From Candidatus Daviesbacteria bacterium (lineage in GTDB: Bacteria; Patescibacteriota; Microgenomatia; Daviesbacterales; UBA10151), in the NCBI GenBank assembly GCA_016186955.1, contig JACPKP010000009.1:161595-225594 (forward strand): 64,000 bases of DNA. Reading direction: 5' to 3'. The translations under genes were made by a program, and so were the position numbers. Within the stretch, counting starts at the first letter, position 1; each line of letters begins with the position of its first letter. The notes under the pieces are model-generated. The model was not told the DNA's origin. It worked only from the letters and a program-made list of their open reading frames with translations, and searched no databases. Shown here one piece after another: positions 29,511 to 40,021 of the stretch.

Positions 29511-32500
29511 ATGACCAGAAAAATTTCATCTTTTATTTTTTTGTGTTTGCTGGTCCTTATTTTTGTAAACCCCCAACCTATAAAGGCAGAAAGTATCAAG
29601 CAAATAACAATTGTTAACCCCATCAGAGGTAATGATTTTTGGGGTTACAAACATCAATTTTTAGATACACCGAAAAAACAATATGAACTGATTGAAAAAA
29701 ACAATTTACCAGCAACATGGCTGGTGCGTTATGATGCCTTAAAAAATGAGGAAACAGACACATTCTTAAAATCTTTAAATAATAAGCAGGAGATTGGATT
29801 ATTTTTGGAAGTTACGCCAACTTTGGCAAAAGATGCGGGGGTCAAATACAACCAAAGCGAAAATTGGCACTATGCAAAATCGGTTTTTCTCATCGGATAT
29901 TCTCCGGAAGACAGAAAAAAATTAATTGACAGGGCAGTTAAATCCTACAGAGAAATTTTTAGCACGAATCCAAAATCAGTTGGCGCTTGGTGGATTGATG
30001 CTTATTCCCTCAATTATCTGCATGATAAATATGGTGTGGAGGCCAATCTTGACGTTGCTGACCAGTATTCTACAGACCAATACCAGGTTTGGGGGCAATA
30101 TTTTTCAACGCCTTTCTATCCTGCAAAAGTTAACGCTTTAATGCCTGCTTCAAGCAAGGAACAAAAAATAGGAGTTGTAACTATACAATGGGCAACAAGG
30201 GATCCTTTCAATTCCTACGGCAATGGCGCAGATGAGAGTACCTACAGTGTCCAGGCAAATGATTATTTGATTCACAAATTAGGTACTGGTTATTTTGAAA
30301 AACTGATTAACATTTATCCGCAAACTACAGTGGGGTTGGAAAACGACTTTTCTTGGGATAAGTACGGGGAGGAGTACCAAAAACAAATTGAAATTTTGGT
30401 AAAACAGCAAAAAATGGGATTGTTACAGGTAAAAACAATGTCTGAGTTTAGTAAATATTACAAAAATATTTATCCGAATATTTCGCCTGATGTTTTAATC
30501 CAGGCAGATGATCCTTTAGGAGGTGGATGGAAAGTAGTCTGGTTTTTTACACCTAAATACCGTGTAGGCTGGTTTTACGGCCCTTACGGTTCTGCGATAA
30601 GAGACCTGAGGCAGTTCAGTGACAGTGTTGAAGAGAGCTGTTTTAAAACATCATGTGACCAGCTAAATCTGGCTTTTACCCAAAACCAGGCTATAGATGA
30701 TGTTAATTTTTCAACCAGATGGTTGATAGACGAGGGTAAAATAAGCAATGTCCGGGTTGAAAGCATTGGTAATAGTGTTCAAATAAGTTATCAAAACCAG
30801 GCAGGGACTATCAGAAAAATAAAATTTTTACCAAATGATATTGAAGTAGACGGTAAAATTCAAACAATCTCGGTTGCCATACTAGCTAGTGTCCAAGATA
30901 CTGAAGGAGAGACCAAAATCAAGGAGAATATTGAAACGAGGTTTGATTTAGGAAAAAATCTTCCTTCAATTTTTGTAAGCCTAATAAAATTTTTATTGCT
31001 GACTGTATTATTTTTTTTAATTCCCGGATGGATACTTGGCAGGAATTTATTGTTATCTATCCCCATCGGTTGGTCGGTTTTTACACTGGCAGCTTTTTTT
31101 GCAGGCAGTTTGCATGATGATAGGGTGTTGTGGATAATCCCAATTTTAAGTTTGCCGGCCCTTTACAAATGGGGTTTGCCTAAAATCCCCAAAAGAAATA
31201 TCACCAAGGAGAACTTAATTGTAATGGCAGTTTGTGGATTGGGTTCAATCTCTTGGCTGCTGACCTCTGTTAAAAATGGTTTGGAGTACAGTTTTGGTTT
31301 AGGTTTCTGGGGGCCTAACGGCCATGATGGAATTTGGCACCTGTCTTTAATTTCAGAACTCCAAAAAAATTTTCCTCCTCAAAACCCTGTTTTTGCAGGG
31401 GAAAGACTTAATAACTATCATTATTTTTTTGATTTATTATTGGCAAAATCAGCAAATCTTTTATCGATTGATCCTCAGGAATTGTTATTCAGGCTTTTTC
31501 CCCTTTTTGTTTCTATTCTCGCAGGCTTATTAATGTTTCATACAACAAAAAAACTTTTTAAACACTTAAATGAAAAACTCGTCTTTAAAACAGCTATTTT
31601 GGCTACACTTTTTCTGTATTTTGGAGGCAGTTTCGGTTGGGTAGTATCTTTTTTTAAAAACGGCGGTTTTGGCGGAGAGTCAATTTTTTGGGCGCAACAG
31701 GCGATATCAACTCTGCTAAATCCTCCTTTTGCAATATCCATTGTAATTTTTTTGGCAGGGTTATATTTATTCACTGAGTTGAAAGAACAAAAAAACCATC
31801 CTCTTTTTTTAATAATTTCATTAACTTTACTTTGGGGCAGTCTAATAGAATTTAAAGCTTATGCAGGAATTTTAGTTTTGGGTGGATTAGGCTTTTTAAC
31901 GGTGGAGAGCGTAATATTTAAAAAGGATTTTTATCTGCTTAAAATTTTTATTCCCATTCTTGTGTTATCCCTTATAGTATTTTTGCCAAACAATTTAGGC
32001 AGTTCTTCCCTTTTGGTAATTAGCCCTTTCTGGCTGGTTCAATCTATGATTGATTTTCAAGACAGGTTGGGATGGGAAAGGTTTAGTTTGATCCTTCACT
32101 CGGAAGTTTTTTATAAAATAGTAGCCGGAAACCTAATAGGCCTTGTGATTTTTTTGACCGGAAATCTCGGGACGAGGATCATAGGTTTTGCCAGTTTTAA
32201 GGAAATTTTTAACCAGAAACTTCTTTTTTATATGGCTGTTTTGGGGCTTATTCTTCCTTTGATATTTGTCCAAAAGGGTAATAATTGGAATATCATTCAG
32301 TTTTTTTATTACACAATTTTTATCCTGAATTTTTATGCAGCTATAACTATTGTAAAAATCTGGCGCAGGTTAGGTAGTAAAAAAGGAGGGATTTTGGTGG
32401 TATTGATAGTGTTTTTAACCATTCCCACATCTATAAATGCACTGGACCAATATTTACCGCCAAGACCTCCTGCCAGGTTATCTGCAGCGGAAAAAGAAGC

Positions 32501-32879
32501 CTTAGACTTTTTAAAAAATGAACCGGAAGGTATAGTTTTAACCCTGCCTTATGATGATAAATTGAGAAAAAAATACTCCGAACCGGTACCGCTTGCAGCT
32601 TATACATCAACAGCATATGTTGCGGCATTTTCAAACCATTCTACGTTTCTGGAAGATACTATAAATTTAGAAATATTAGGAGTTGATTATAAAGGGAGAT
32701 TAAACCTGGAAAGGGATTTTATAAATATAAAGGAGCAGGATAAAGAGATTTTAAGGCAGAATAATATTTCGTATGTTTATGTTTTAAAAGCGCAAAATTT
32801 TAATGAAGATGAAGGGGTAATGGGTATCAAAAAAATCTTTGAAAATGAGGAGGTAAAGTTATTTAAAGTTATAAAATGA
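29511..32879 (+). CDS. fusion of a secreted NodB/GH57-like barrel domain and a GT-C-like membrane domain (~1122 aa)
   Basis: Signal peptide; TIVNPIRG, LPATWLVRYDAL, EIGLFLEVTP, GYSPEDRKKLID, PKSVGAWWID. C-half is multi-TM with FWGPNGHDGIWHLSLI and NYHYFFD. Confidence 0.65.
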   Translation: MTRKISSFIFLCLLVLIFVNPQPIKAESIKQITIVNPIRGNDFWGYKHQFLDTPKKQYELIEKNNLPATWLVRYDALKNEETDTFLKSLNNKQEIGLFLEVTPTLAKDAGVKYNQSENWHYAKSVFLIGYSPEDRKKLIDRAVKSYREIFSTNPKSVGAWWIDAYSLNYLHDKYGVEANLDVADQYSTDQYQVWGQYFSTPFYPAKVNALMPASSKEQKIGVVTIQWATRDPFNSYGNGADESTYSVQANDYLIHKLGTGYFEKLINIYPQTTVGLENDFSWDKYGEEYQKQIEILVKQQKMGLLQVKTMSEFSKYYKNIYPNISPDVLIQADDPLGGGWKVVWFFTPKYRVGWFYGPYGSAIRDLRQFSDSVEESCFKTSCDQLNLAFTQNQAIDDVNFSTRWLIDEGKISNVRVESIGNSVQISYQNQAGTIRKIKFLPNDIEVDGKIQTISVAILASVQDTEGETKIKENIETRFDLGKNLPSIFVSLIKFLLLTVLFFLIPGWILGRNLLLSIPIGWSVFTLAAFFAGSLHDDRVLWIIPILSLPALYKWGLPKIPKRNITKENLIVMAVCGLGSISWLLTSVKNGLEYSFGLGFWGPNGHDGIWHLSLISELQKNFPPQNPVFAGERLNNYHYFFDLLLAKSANLLSIDPQELLFRLFPLFVSILAGLLMFHTTKKLFKHLNEKLVFKTAILATLFLYFGGSFGWVVSFFKNGGFGGESIFWAQQAISTLLNPPFAISIVIFLAGLYLFTELKEQKNHPLFLIISLTLLWGSLIEFKAYAGILVLGGLGFLTVESVIFKKDFYLLKIFIPILVLSLIVFLPNNLGSSSLLVISPFWLVQSMIDFQDRLGWERFSLILHSEVFYKIVAGNLIGLVIFLTGNLGTRIIGFASFKEIFNQKLLFYMAVLGLILPLIFVQKGNNWNIIQFFYYTIFILNFYAAITIVKIWRRLGSKKGGILVVLIVFLTIPTSINALDQYLPPRPPARLSAAEKEALDFLKNEPEGIVLTLPYDDKLRKKYSEPVPLAAYTSTAYVAAFSNHSTFLEDTINLEILGVDYKGRLNLERDFINIKEQDKEILRQNNISYVYVLKAQNFNEDEGVMGIKKIFENEEVKLFKVIK

Positions 32880-33386
32880 TTAAAAAGATAAAACTTAACA
32901 GGAAATTTTTATTCTTGAACCAAAATACCGCGCAGCTTGCTGCGGGGATGAATGGTTCACAGAAGAACTTTCCCGAAGGGATACTCCGCAGTTTACTGCG
33001 GAGTAGTTCATTTGTTGTATCAATAATGCGTGGGAGTAGGAAGTTAGTTATTTTTGACCAATATGCTTGAGCGGTACCTGTTTGCCGGCGTTACTTCAGG
33101 TTTGTTCGTTACAATTTATTATCCACATTTATTTAAGTTTTGGGTAGTATTAAGCCTGATTTTTTGGGTAAATATGTACCGGGATTTTAAGTTCCCGCCC
33201 AATATAGGTTTTTTCAATGAGATATTAATTTGGAATGGAAGTATTGCTTTGCGGATTTTATCCTTAATCAATATTATTTTTTTTGTTAAGATAAGCTATA
33301 GTTTTTTGGGGGGGGGGAGAATCCGCAACTTGATACCGGGTTGGAACCATATTAAGATTAACTTAAAGAGGAAGACTGATATATGA
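32876..33386 (+). pseudogene. decayed GT87/DUF2029-like membrane protein remnant
   Basis: Coupled start MIKKIKLNRKFLFL, then the hairpin element, then a stop-interrupted GVGS*LFLTNMLERYLF C-terminal fragment with TMs. Confidence 0.55.
32917..33011. mobile_element. miniature double-hairpin element resembling IS200/IS605-family ends
   Basis: Hairpin 1 CCGCGCAGC-TT-GCTGCGGGG inside GAACCA/TGGTTC. Hairpin 2 is perfect TACTCCGCAGT-TT-ACTGCGGAGTA. GC-rich island in AT-rich DNA, no transposase. Confidence 0.65.
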
Positions 33387-34285
33387 ATGGAAAAATCTCG
33401 GTAGTTATCAATACACTAAATGATCAAAGCAATATAGGGCGTGCGATAAATTCTGTGGCTTGGGCGGATGAAATTCTGATTTGTGATATGCACTCAGATG
33501 ATGACTGCGCGGTGATTGCCAAAAAAATGGGTGCAAAAATTATCCTTCATAAAAGGTTAAGGTTTGTTGAGCCGGCCAGGAATTTTGCCGTTTCCCATGC
33601 CTTAAATGAATGGATACTGATACTTGATCCTGATGAGGAGATACCTGCCGGTTTAGCGGCTAAATTGCAAGAATTAGCAAAAGATCCGGGAGTTACAACA
33701 AATCTGGAAATACCAAGGAAAAATATTATTTTTGGTAAATGGATGAAAGCCTCAATGTGGTGGCCTGATTACAATATCAGATTTTTTAAAAAAGGTTCTG
33801 TTTCTTGGAGTGACAGGATACACCGTCCCCCTAAAACAGCAGGTCAGGGGGTAAGGTTTCCGGATGAAGAAAGATGGGCTATAATTCATCACCACTACAG
33901 CAGTATTTCCCAGTTTTTAAACAGGATGGACCGTTACACCGGGATACAGGCCGAAGAGTTGATCAAGGATGGGTATGATTTTAAATGGATCGATTTAATT
34001 AACAAACCTGTAAGTGAATTCTTAGGCAGGTTTTTTGCAAACAAGGGATATGAAGACGGTTTGCATGGTTTAGCGCTTAGTGGCCTGCAAAGTTTTTCAT
34101 TTTTAATAGTTTATCTTAAAACCTGGGAGATGAGAGAATTTACAAAACAAGATCCAGGTTTTGATGAGGTTAAAGCCGTCTTTAAAGAGGCGGGGAAGGA
34201 AATTAGTTACTGGTTAAAATATGGTAACCTCTCCAAAAACCCTCTTAAATCTTTTATTGAACGGGCTAAAAACAAGCTAATTTAA
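33383..34285 (+). CDS. GT2 glycosyltransferase (beta-1,4-glucosyltransferase/KdtX-like)
   Basis: ISVVINTLN, DEILICDMHSDD, EPARNFA, WILILDPDE, WPDYNIRFF. Confidence 0.9.
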   Translation: MNGKISVVINTLNDQSNIGRAINSVAWADEILICDMHSDDDCAVIAKKMGAKIILHKRLRFVEPARNFAVSHALNEWILILDPDEEIPAGLAAKLQELAKDPGVTTNLEIPRKNIIFGKWMKASMWWPDYNIRFFKKGSVSWSDRIHRPPKTAGQGVRFPDEERWAIIHHHYSSISQFLNRMDRYTGIQAEELIKDGYDFKWIDLINKPVSEFLGRFFANKGYEDGLHGLALSGLQSFSFLIVYLKTWEMREFTKQDPGFDEVKAVFKEAGKEISYWLKYGNLSKNPLKSFIERAKNKLI

Positions 34286-35144
34286 TGAAAAAAGTTGCGG
34301 TTGTGATTTTAAATTTTAAGGTCAAAGAGCATGTTTTAAAATGTATAGATTCTGTTAAGAAATCAACCTATAGAAATATCAAAATAATCCTTGTTGATAA
34401 TAATTCAGGGGATGGGATAGAAGATGAAATTAAACAAAACGGAAACCTTGAATTTATCCAGACCAAAGATAACTTAGGATATACAGGAGGGAATAATATT
34501 GGTATTAAAAGAGCGCTTGAAGAGAAATCAGACCTTATCTTTCTTTTAAATCCGGATACAATTTTAAGCGAGAGAGCGATAGAAATTTTAGTAGGTAATA
34601 TGATTATTGAAGATGTGGGTATAGCCGGCCCAAAAATATATTTTTTCCCAACAGGGGAAACGAAAAAATATGGTATGCAGGAGGGATATTTGAAAGGGCT
34701 AATGTAATCGGTAAACACCGGGGAGTAGATGAAATAGATCAAGGTCAATATGACAAAGAAGAAGAAACAGATTTTGTCAGCGGAGCAGCAATAATGGTTA
34801 AAAAGGAAGTTTTTGATAAAATTGGTTTTCTGGATGAAAAATATTTTTTATATTATGAAGATAGTGATTTTTGTTTCAGGGCAAAAAAGGCAGGATTTAA
34901 AATTATGTATGCACCTAAGGCGATAGTTTACCATGAAAATGCCAAGTCAACCGGGTTAGGATCTTCCCTGCAGGATTATTTTATCACCCGCAACAGGCTG
35001 CTTTTTGCCTCAAAGTTTTTGCCATTTAGGACAAAGTTTGCACTTTTCCGGGAGGCTTTAAGGCATCTGGGAAACCCCATAAGAAGGCTTGCTTTTTTTG
35101 ATTTTTTGACAGGAAATTTTGGGAAAGGAAATTTTTTAAAATGA
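34285..35144 (+). CDS. GT2 rhamnosyltransferase-like (~286 aa), split by a -1 frameshift in an A6 run at 34663-34668
   Basis: VDNNS, NLGYTGGNNIG, LLNPD. One added A restores KKIWYAGG...TDFVSGAAIMVKKEVFDKIGFLDEKYFLYYEDSD. Confidence 0.85.
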
Positions 35145-35944
35145 TCAGTGTTGTTGTTGTAACAAAAGATGAAGAAAATATGATTAAGGCTTGTTTGGAA
35201 TCTTTAAAATGGGCTGCTGAGATTATTGTTTATGATAACGGTTCCACAGATAAAACTTTGGAAATTGCAAAAAAATACACCAATAAAATATACAAATATG
35301 AAGGGCAAAATTATGCTGAGTTAAGAAATAAGGCGATGGAGAAAACATTAGGAGATTGGGTTTTGTATGTTGATGCAGATGAGAGAGTGTTGCAGCCCCT
35401 AAAAGAAGAGATTATTGATTTAACGGTAAATTCCGATAAATCCGCATTTGCCATCCCGCGGAGGAATATAATTTTCGGTTGTGAAAAAAAATACGGTCCT
35501 TTTTGGCCGGATTGGATAATACGTTTATATAAAAAAAATGAATTTAAAGGTTGGGTTGGCAAAATTCATGAACACGGTACCTTCAGGGGTAAATTAGGTT
35601 ACACAAAAAATCCTTTTATCCATTTAACACACAGAGGTGTTGACCAAATTGTGACCAAAAGCCTGAACTGGTCAAATTTTGATGCAAAATTAAGGTTGGA
35701 AGCAAACCACCCTAAAATGTCCGGGTTGAGATTTTTAAGGATCTTTGCAACGGAACTTTTTTATCAGGGTATTATAAGAAGAGGATTTTTTTCGGGTACA
35801 GTCGGGATTATGGACTCGCTGTTGCAGGTATTCAGTTTGTTTATTACCTATATTAGGTTATGGGAACTTCAGCAGCTAAAACCACTAAACCAAACCTATG
35901 ATGAAATTGACATAAAACTGATGGAAAATAATTTTAAATACTGA
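35141..35944 (+). CDS. GT2 glycosyltransferase (KdtX-like)
   Basis: DNGSTDKT, WVLYVDADE, WPDWIIRL, IHE. Confidence 0.9.
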   Translation: MISVVVVTKDEENMIKACLESLKWAAEIIVYDNGSTDKTLEIAKKYTNKIYKYEGQNYAELRNKAMEKTLGDWVLYVDADERVLQPLKEEIIDLTVNSDKSAFAIPRRNIIFGCEKKYGPFWPDWIIRLYKKNEFKGWVGKIHEHGTFRGKLGYTKNPFIHLTHRGVDQIVTKSLNWSNFDAKLRLEANHPKMSGLRFLRIFATELFYQGIIRRGFFSGTVGIMDSLLQVFSLFITYIRLWELQQLKPLNQTYDEIDIKLMENNFKY

Positions 35945-35946
35945 AA

Positions 35947-37029
35947 ATGAAAATTGCAATTTACAGCCCCTATCTTGATACTGCAGGCGGGGGGGAAAAA
36001 TATATCCTGACAGTGGCAGAGACCCTTTCTGAAAAAGCAAGGGTAGATATCCTATTGGACAAACACTTACAACTTGTTGGACCAGATTCGATAATTGAAA
36101 AAAATAAAATCTTACACAACATTGATTTTTCCGGAATAAATTTTATTAATGCGCCAATAGGTTCCTTATGGTCGTTTTTTGAAAGGATATTCTTTTTTAA
36201 AAAATATGACTTCTTATTTTATTTGACTGATGGCAGTATATTTTTTTCTACAGCAAAAAAAAATGTTATCCATTTCCAAGTTCCATTCGAGAACACAAAA
36301 GCTTTGGGGTTTTGGGGGGGTTTTAAATTAAAATCCTGGGATTTGGCAGTTTACAACTCTTATTTTACTAAAGAGCTTGTTGAGCACACTTGGCCAATCA
36401 AGGGTAAAGTTATATACCCGCCGGTCAACACAGAATTGTTTAAAACTTTGAAGAAAAAAAAGCAGATTGTTTCTGTAGGAAGATTTTTTGGGTTTGACAA
36501 AGGGAAAAAACAACTGCTGTTAATAAATATTTTTAAACAATTGGTGAAGGATAAAAAAATTACTGGATGGAGCCTGCATTTGGCCGGTGGAGCGCAAGAG
36601 AGTGATAAAAAATATATTGACCAGTTAAAAAGCAATGCTAAAGGATTTGAGATTTATTTTTATCCCAATATTCCGCTAGGTAAGCTTGTAAAATTATACG
36701 GAGAATCCCAAATCTACTGGCATGCAGCGGGTTTTGGTGAACAAGACCCGAAAAGGTTTGAGCATTTCGGCATCACTACTGTTGAGGCGATGGCCTCAGG
36801 CTGTGTCCCAATCGTAATAAACCTAGGAGGTCAAAAAGAGATAGTAGAAAACGGTCAATCTGGTTTTTTGTGGGATAATCCGGCAGAATTGAAAACCGTG
36901 ACATTAAAAGTAATCAAAGACAGTCAGCTTATGTTAAAGTTGTCAAAAGCAGCCCAGCAAAAATCCAAAACTTTTGCAAAGGAAAAATTTGATGAGCAAA
37001 TCAACAGCCTAGTATATGGAAATTCTTAA
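35947..37029 (+). CDS. GT4 (GT-B) glycosyltransferase
   Basis: GGGEKY, VIYPPV, SVGRF, EHFGITTVEAMASGCVP. Confidence 0.92.
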   Translation: MKIAIYSPYLDTAGGGEKYILTVAETLSEKARVDILLDKHLQLVGPDSIIEKNKILHNIDFSGINFINAPIGSLWSFFERIFFFKKYDFLFYLTDGSIFFSTAKKNVIHFQVPFENTKALGFWGGFKLKSWDLAVYNSYFTKELVEHTWPIKGKVIYPPVNTELFKTLKKKKQIVSVGRFFGFDKGKKQLLLINIFKQLVKDKKITGWSLHLAGGAQESDKKYIDQLKSNAKGFEIYFYPNIPLGKLVKLYGESQIYWHAAGFGEQDPKRFEHFGITTVEAMASGCVPIVINLGGQKEIVENGQSGFLWDNPAELKTVTLKVIKDSQLMLKLSKAAQQKSKTFAKEKFDEQINSLVYGNS

Positions 37030-38260
37030 AAAATATAAGTGGATATTATTTTTGGGGTTAATTATTAGACTGGTAGTTGCATCATTTACTTTCCACCCCG
37101 ATGTTAGAAATAACAGCATTGTTTCTACAATAATTTTGAGAGAGCACAACTTAAATCCATACGATTTTGCAGATAATTTAAAAAACGATGACCCCCGGAA
37201 AAAAATTTATTCCAATGAAAAAGCTGATGATTTGCCCCTGGTTTACTGGATAAATATTCCGGTACAGTTTATAGTAAGGCCTTTAGTTGATGGAAATATA
37301 GAATATCAGTATCTTTCTCAAATAGAAAATATTTTTGGCAACCCCGCTCTATTTATTTATCTACTTATTATAAAAATACAGTTTATTTTATTTGATATTT
37401 TACTCGGGGTACTCTTAATTTTCCTTGTTGAGGATGCTTTAAAGAAAAAAATTTTATTTTTTTGGATGTTTAACCCGGTAACTATTTGGGCAACCGCAGC
37501 AATAGGGCAGTTCGATGTTATCCCAACATTCTTTTTAGTTCTATCTTTTTATTTCTTAGAACGGAAAAAAATACAATGGGCTTCTCTTTCATTAGGTTTG
37601 GCAGCAGCAATCAAAAGCTTTTCTTTTTTAATCTTCCCTTTCTTGGTTTTTCTGGCTAATTCTTGGAGAGAAAGGATTAAACTTACTTTAATTTTTCTAA
37701 TTCCGTGGATTTTTTCAGTTAGTCCTTATCTTGGTTCTTCCGGCTTCCGTCACAATGCTTTATTGGCGCCCCAACTTTCTAAAATTCTTTATTCCAAAAT
37801 TGCTTTATCGGGTGGTGAGGGTATTTTGATAGTACCGGCAATTTTGATAATTTTATATTTGGTCTATCTTCGCCAAAAAAGAGGCGCAGCTGATTTTATG
37901 AAGTTTTCTTTGAGCGCCCTTCTTTTAGTATTGGCATTTACCCATTTTCATATCCAATGGTTTCTTTGGGTAACGCCTTTTTTGGCAATTTTGTTAATAG
38001 AGGACTCGGGAAATTATCTAAAATGGAGTATCGGACTTTTAGGTTTTTCTTTGCTCTTAATGTTATTTTTATTTGAACCGTCACTTCAAATAAAGTTATT
38101 TGCCCCTATTTTACCCCTTCTAAGTAATGGCACAGGGCTGGCTGAAGTTTTAGGCCCGGATAGGGCAAATTCTTTAAGGGATATGGCAGCTACTATATTC
38201 GGAGGAGCTTCAATATTTTTAGTTTTTCACCAAATTTCACCAAAAATAAATGAAAAATAA
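37016..38260 (+). CDS. GT87/DUF2029-like GT-C membrane glycosyltransferase
   Basis: FHPDV, FNPV..GQFDVIP, LAAAIK, HIQWFLW; multi-TM. Confidence 0.72.
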   Translation: MEILKKYKWILFLGLIIRLVVASFTFHPDVRNNSIVSTIILREHNLNPYDFADNLKNDDPRKKIYSNEKADDLPLVYWINIPVQFIVRPLVDGNIEYQYLSQIENIFGNPALFIYLLIIKIQFILFDILLGVLLIFLVEDALKKKILFFWMFNPVTIWATAAIGQFDVIPTFFLVLSFYFLERKKIQWASLSLGLAAAIKSFSFLIFPFLVFLANSWRERIKLTLIFLIPWIFSVSPYLGSSGFRHNALLAPQLSKILYSKIALSGGEGILIVPAILIILYLVYLRQKRGAADFMKFSLSALLLVLAFTHFHIQWFLWVTPFLAILLIEDSGNYLKWSIGLLGFSLLLMLFLFEPSLQIKLFAPILPLLSNGTGLAEVLGPDRANSLRDMAATIFGGASIFLVFHQISPKINEK

Positions 38261-39032
38261 ATCACTTTCGGTAATTGTTGTCTCCTACAACAGTGAACAA
38301 TTTATAGAAAAATGTATAGCATCGGTTTTAAAATACTTACCTGATAATAGTGAGTTAATAGTCTTAGATAATAATTCTGTCGACAAAACAGTTGATATAT
38401 CAAAAAAGTTTTTACCGAAGATTAAATTAATCAGTATTGATAAAAACTTAGGGTTTGCCAAAGGCAATAACAAAGCTGCGAATGAAGCCTTGGGAGATTA
38501 TTTATTTTTTTTAAATCCCGATACATGGATTAGTAAACCTATTATGGAAGAATTAATTGAATTTTATGAGGCCGAAGATGCAGGCATTGTGGCGCCTAAA
38601 CTGATTATGCCAAACGGTCATACCCAATCTTCAGTAAAAAATTTACCGACTGTTTGGGGTGCGTTTAAAGAATTTATTTTAGGGGTTCAAAATTCTTATG
38701 GAGAGTTTGTGCCAAAAACTGAAAAACCTATTGCTGTACAAGTTGTTTATGGTGCGGCTTTATTAATTTCAAAAAAGTTATTTGACCAAATAGGTGGTTT
38801 TGATGAGAAATATTTTCTTTACTATGAAGATGTCGATCTATGCAGGAAGGTATTAAATAAAGACAAAAAGATCTACTATTATCCTGCAGCAGCAGTTAAC
38901 CATATTGTAGGTGGGACAAAATCAAGTCAGGATAAATATAGGTTAAACTTCAAATCTGCGATTTTATATCACGGTTATTTTAAATTCCTAATTCTGCAAA
39001 TCATTTTCCGATTGCGCACCCTGCTTAAGTAA
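38250..39032 (+). CDS. GT2 glycosyltransferase (WbbL/rhamnosyltransferase-like)
   Basis: VVSYNS, DNNSVD, NLGFAKGNN, FLNPD, GGFDEKYFLYYEDVDLC. Confidence 0.9.
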   Translation: MKNKSLSVIVVSYNSEQFIEKCIASVLKYLPDNSELIVLDNNSVDKTVDISKKFLPKIKLISIDKNLGFAKGNNKAANEALGDYLFFLNPDTWISKPIMEELIEFYEAEDAGIVAPKLIMPNGHTQSSVKNLPTVWGAFKEFILGVQNSYGEFVPKTEKPIAVQVVYGAALLISKKLFDQIGGFDEKYFLYYEDVDLCRKVLNKDKKIYYYPAAAVNHIVGGTKSSQDKYRLNFKSAILYHGYFKFLILQIIFRLRTLLK

Positions 39033-39061
39033 TGTAGAATTTCAAAGGAATTTAATAAAAC

Positions 39062-40021
39062 ATGAAAAGTATTGGACTTTCTGTTGTGGTACCTTTTTTC
39101 AACGAAAATAGAAATCTGGAAAAGTTCCATAGAGAACTAACTTCTGTTTTAATCAAGATACCAATAGGTAGTGAAATAATTTATGTAGATGACGGCAGTA
39201 CTGATGAATCGGTAGCTACCTTAAAATCCCTTTTTCGTTCATCAAAAAAGACCAAAATTGAGACTAAACTTATTTTACTCAGACGAAACTTTGGTCAAAC
39301 TGCCGCTACCTCTGCCGGTATAGATCAATCAAAAGGAGAATTAGTATCTTTTATGGATGCGGATTTACAAAACGATCCCGAAGACTTGTTAAAATTTTTC
39401 CATGAAATTAATAAGGGTTTTGATGCTGTATTTGGTTGGAGAAAATGCAGAGAGGATTATTTCTTGCGTAATTTTGTTTCTAAGGTAGCAAATTTTATAA
39501 TACGAAAAATCTTTAATATTCCACTTCATGATGTTGGTTGTTCATTGAAAATAATTAAAAGGGAATTGCTAAATGACGTGCATCTTTATGGTGAATCGCA
39601 CAGGATAATGCCTGCTTTAGTTTACTGGAAAGGAGTCAAAATAAAAGAACTAACTGTCAGTCACAGAAAAAGAATTTATGAAAAATCAAAATATGGTTAT
39701 TCAAGAATTTTAAAATTAGTAATTGATTTAATTACCATTAAGTTTCTGAATTCGTATGGTACAAAACCGGCGTATGTATTTGGCACTCTTGGTATATGTA
39801 GTAATTTATTAGGAGTTGTTGCATTGATACTTACTCTGTATAAAAAAATATTCCTGGGTGTTTATGTCCATAAAAACCCATTGTTTTTGATTGCTATATT
39901 TTTTATATTGCTTGGTGTACAGTTCATTTTAATGGGGCTTTTGGCGGAACTGCTTGTCAGAATTTATTTTGAATCTCAAAGAAAAACAACCTATGAGATT
40001 AAAGATGCCCGGTTATACTAA
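39062..40021 (+). CDS. ArnC/GtrB-like GT2 undecaprenyl-phosphate glycosyltransferase
   Basis: VVPFFNE, VDDGSTD, RNFGQTAA, MDADLQNDP, HDVGCSLK; two C-terminal TMs. Confidence 0.9.
   Translation: MKSIGLSVVVPFFNENRNLEKFHRELTSVLIKIPIGSEIIYVDDGSTDESVATLKSLFRSSKKTKIETKLILLRRNFGQTAATSAGIDQSKGELVSFMDADLQNDPEDLLKFFHEINKGFDAVFGWRKCREDYFLRNFVSKVANFIIRKIFNIPLHDVGCSLKIIKRELLNDVHLYGESHRIMPALVYWKGVKIKELTVSHRKRIYEKSKYGYSRILKLVIDLITIKFLNSYGTKPAYVFGTLGICSNLLGVVALILTLYKKIFLGVYVHKNPLFLIAIFFILLGVQFILMGLLAELLVRIYFESQRKTTYEIKDARLY

Noticed and set aside
32876-33070. 64-aa ORF as a real protein
   Set aside because: Most of it is read-through of the hairpin element (TAQLAAG...ILRSLLRS); treated as part of the pseudogene.
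33308-33317. G10 tract as a phase-variation switch
   Set aside because: It lies at the end of an already decayed gene fragment, so there is no intact gene to switch.
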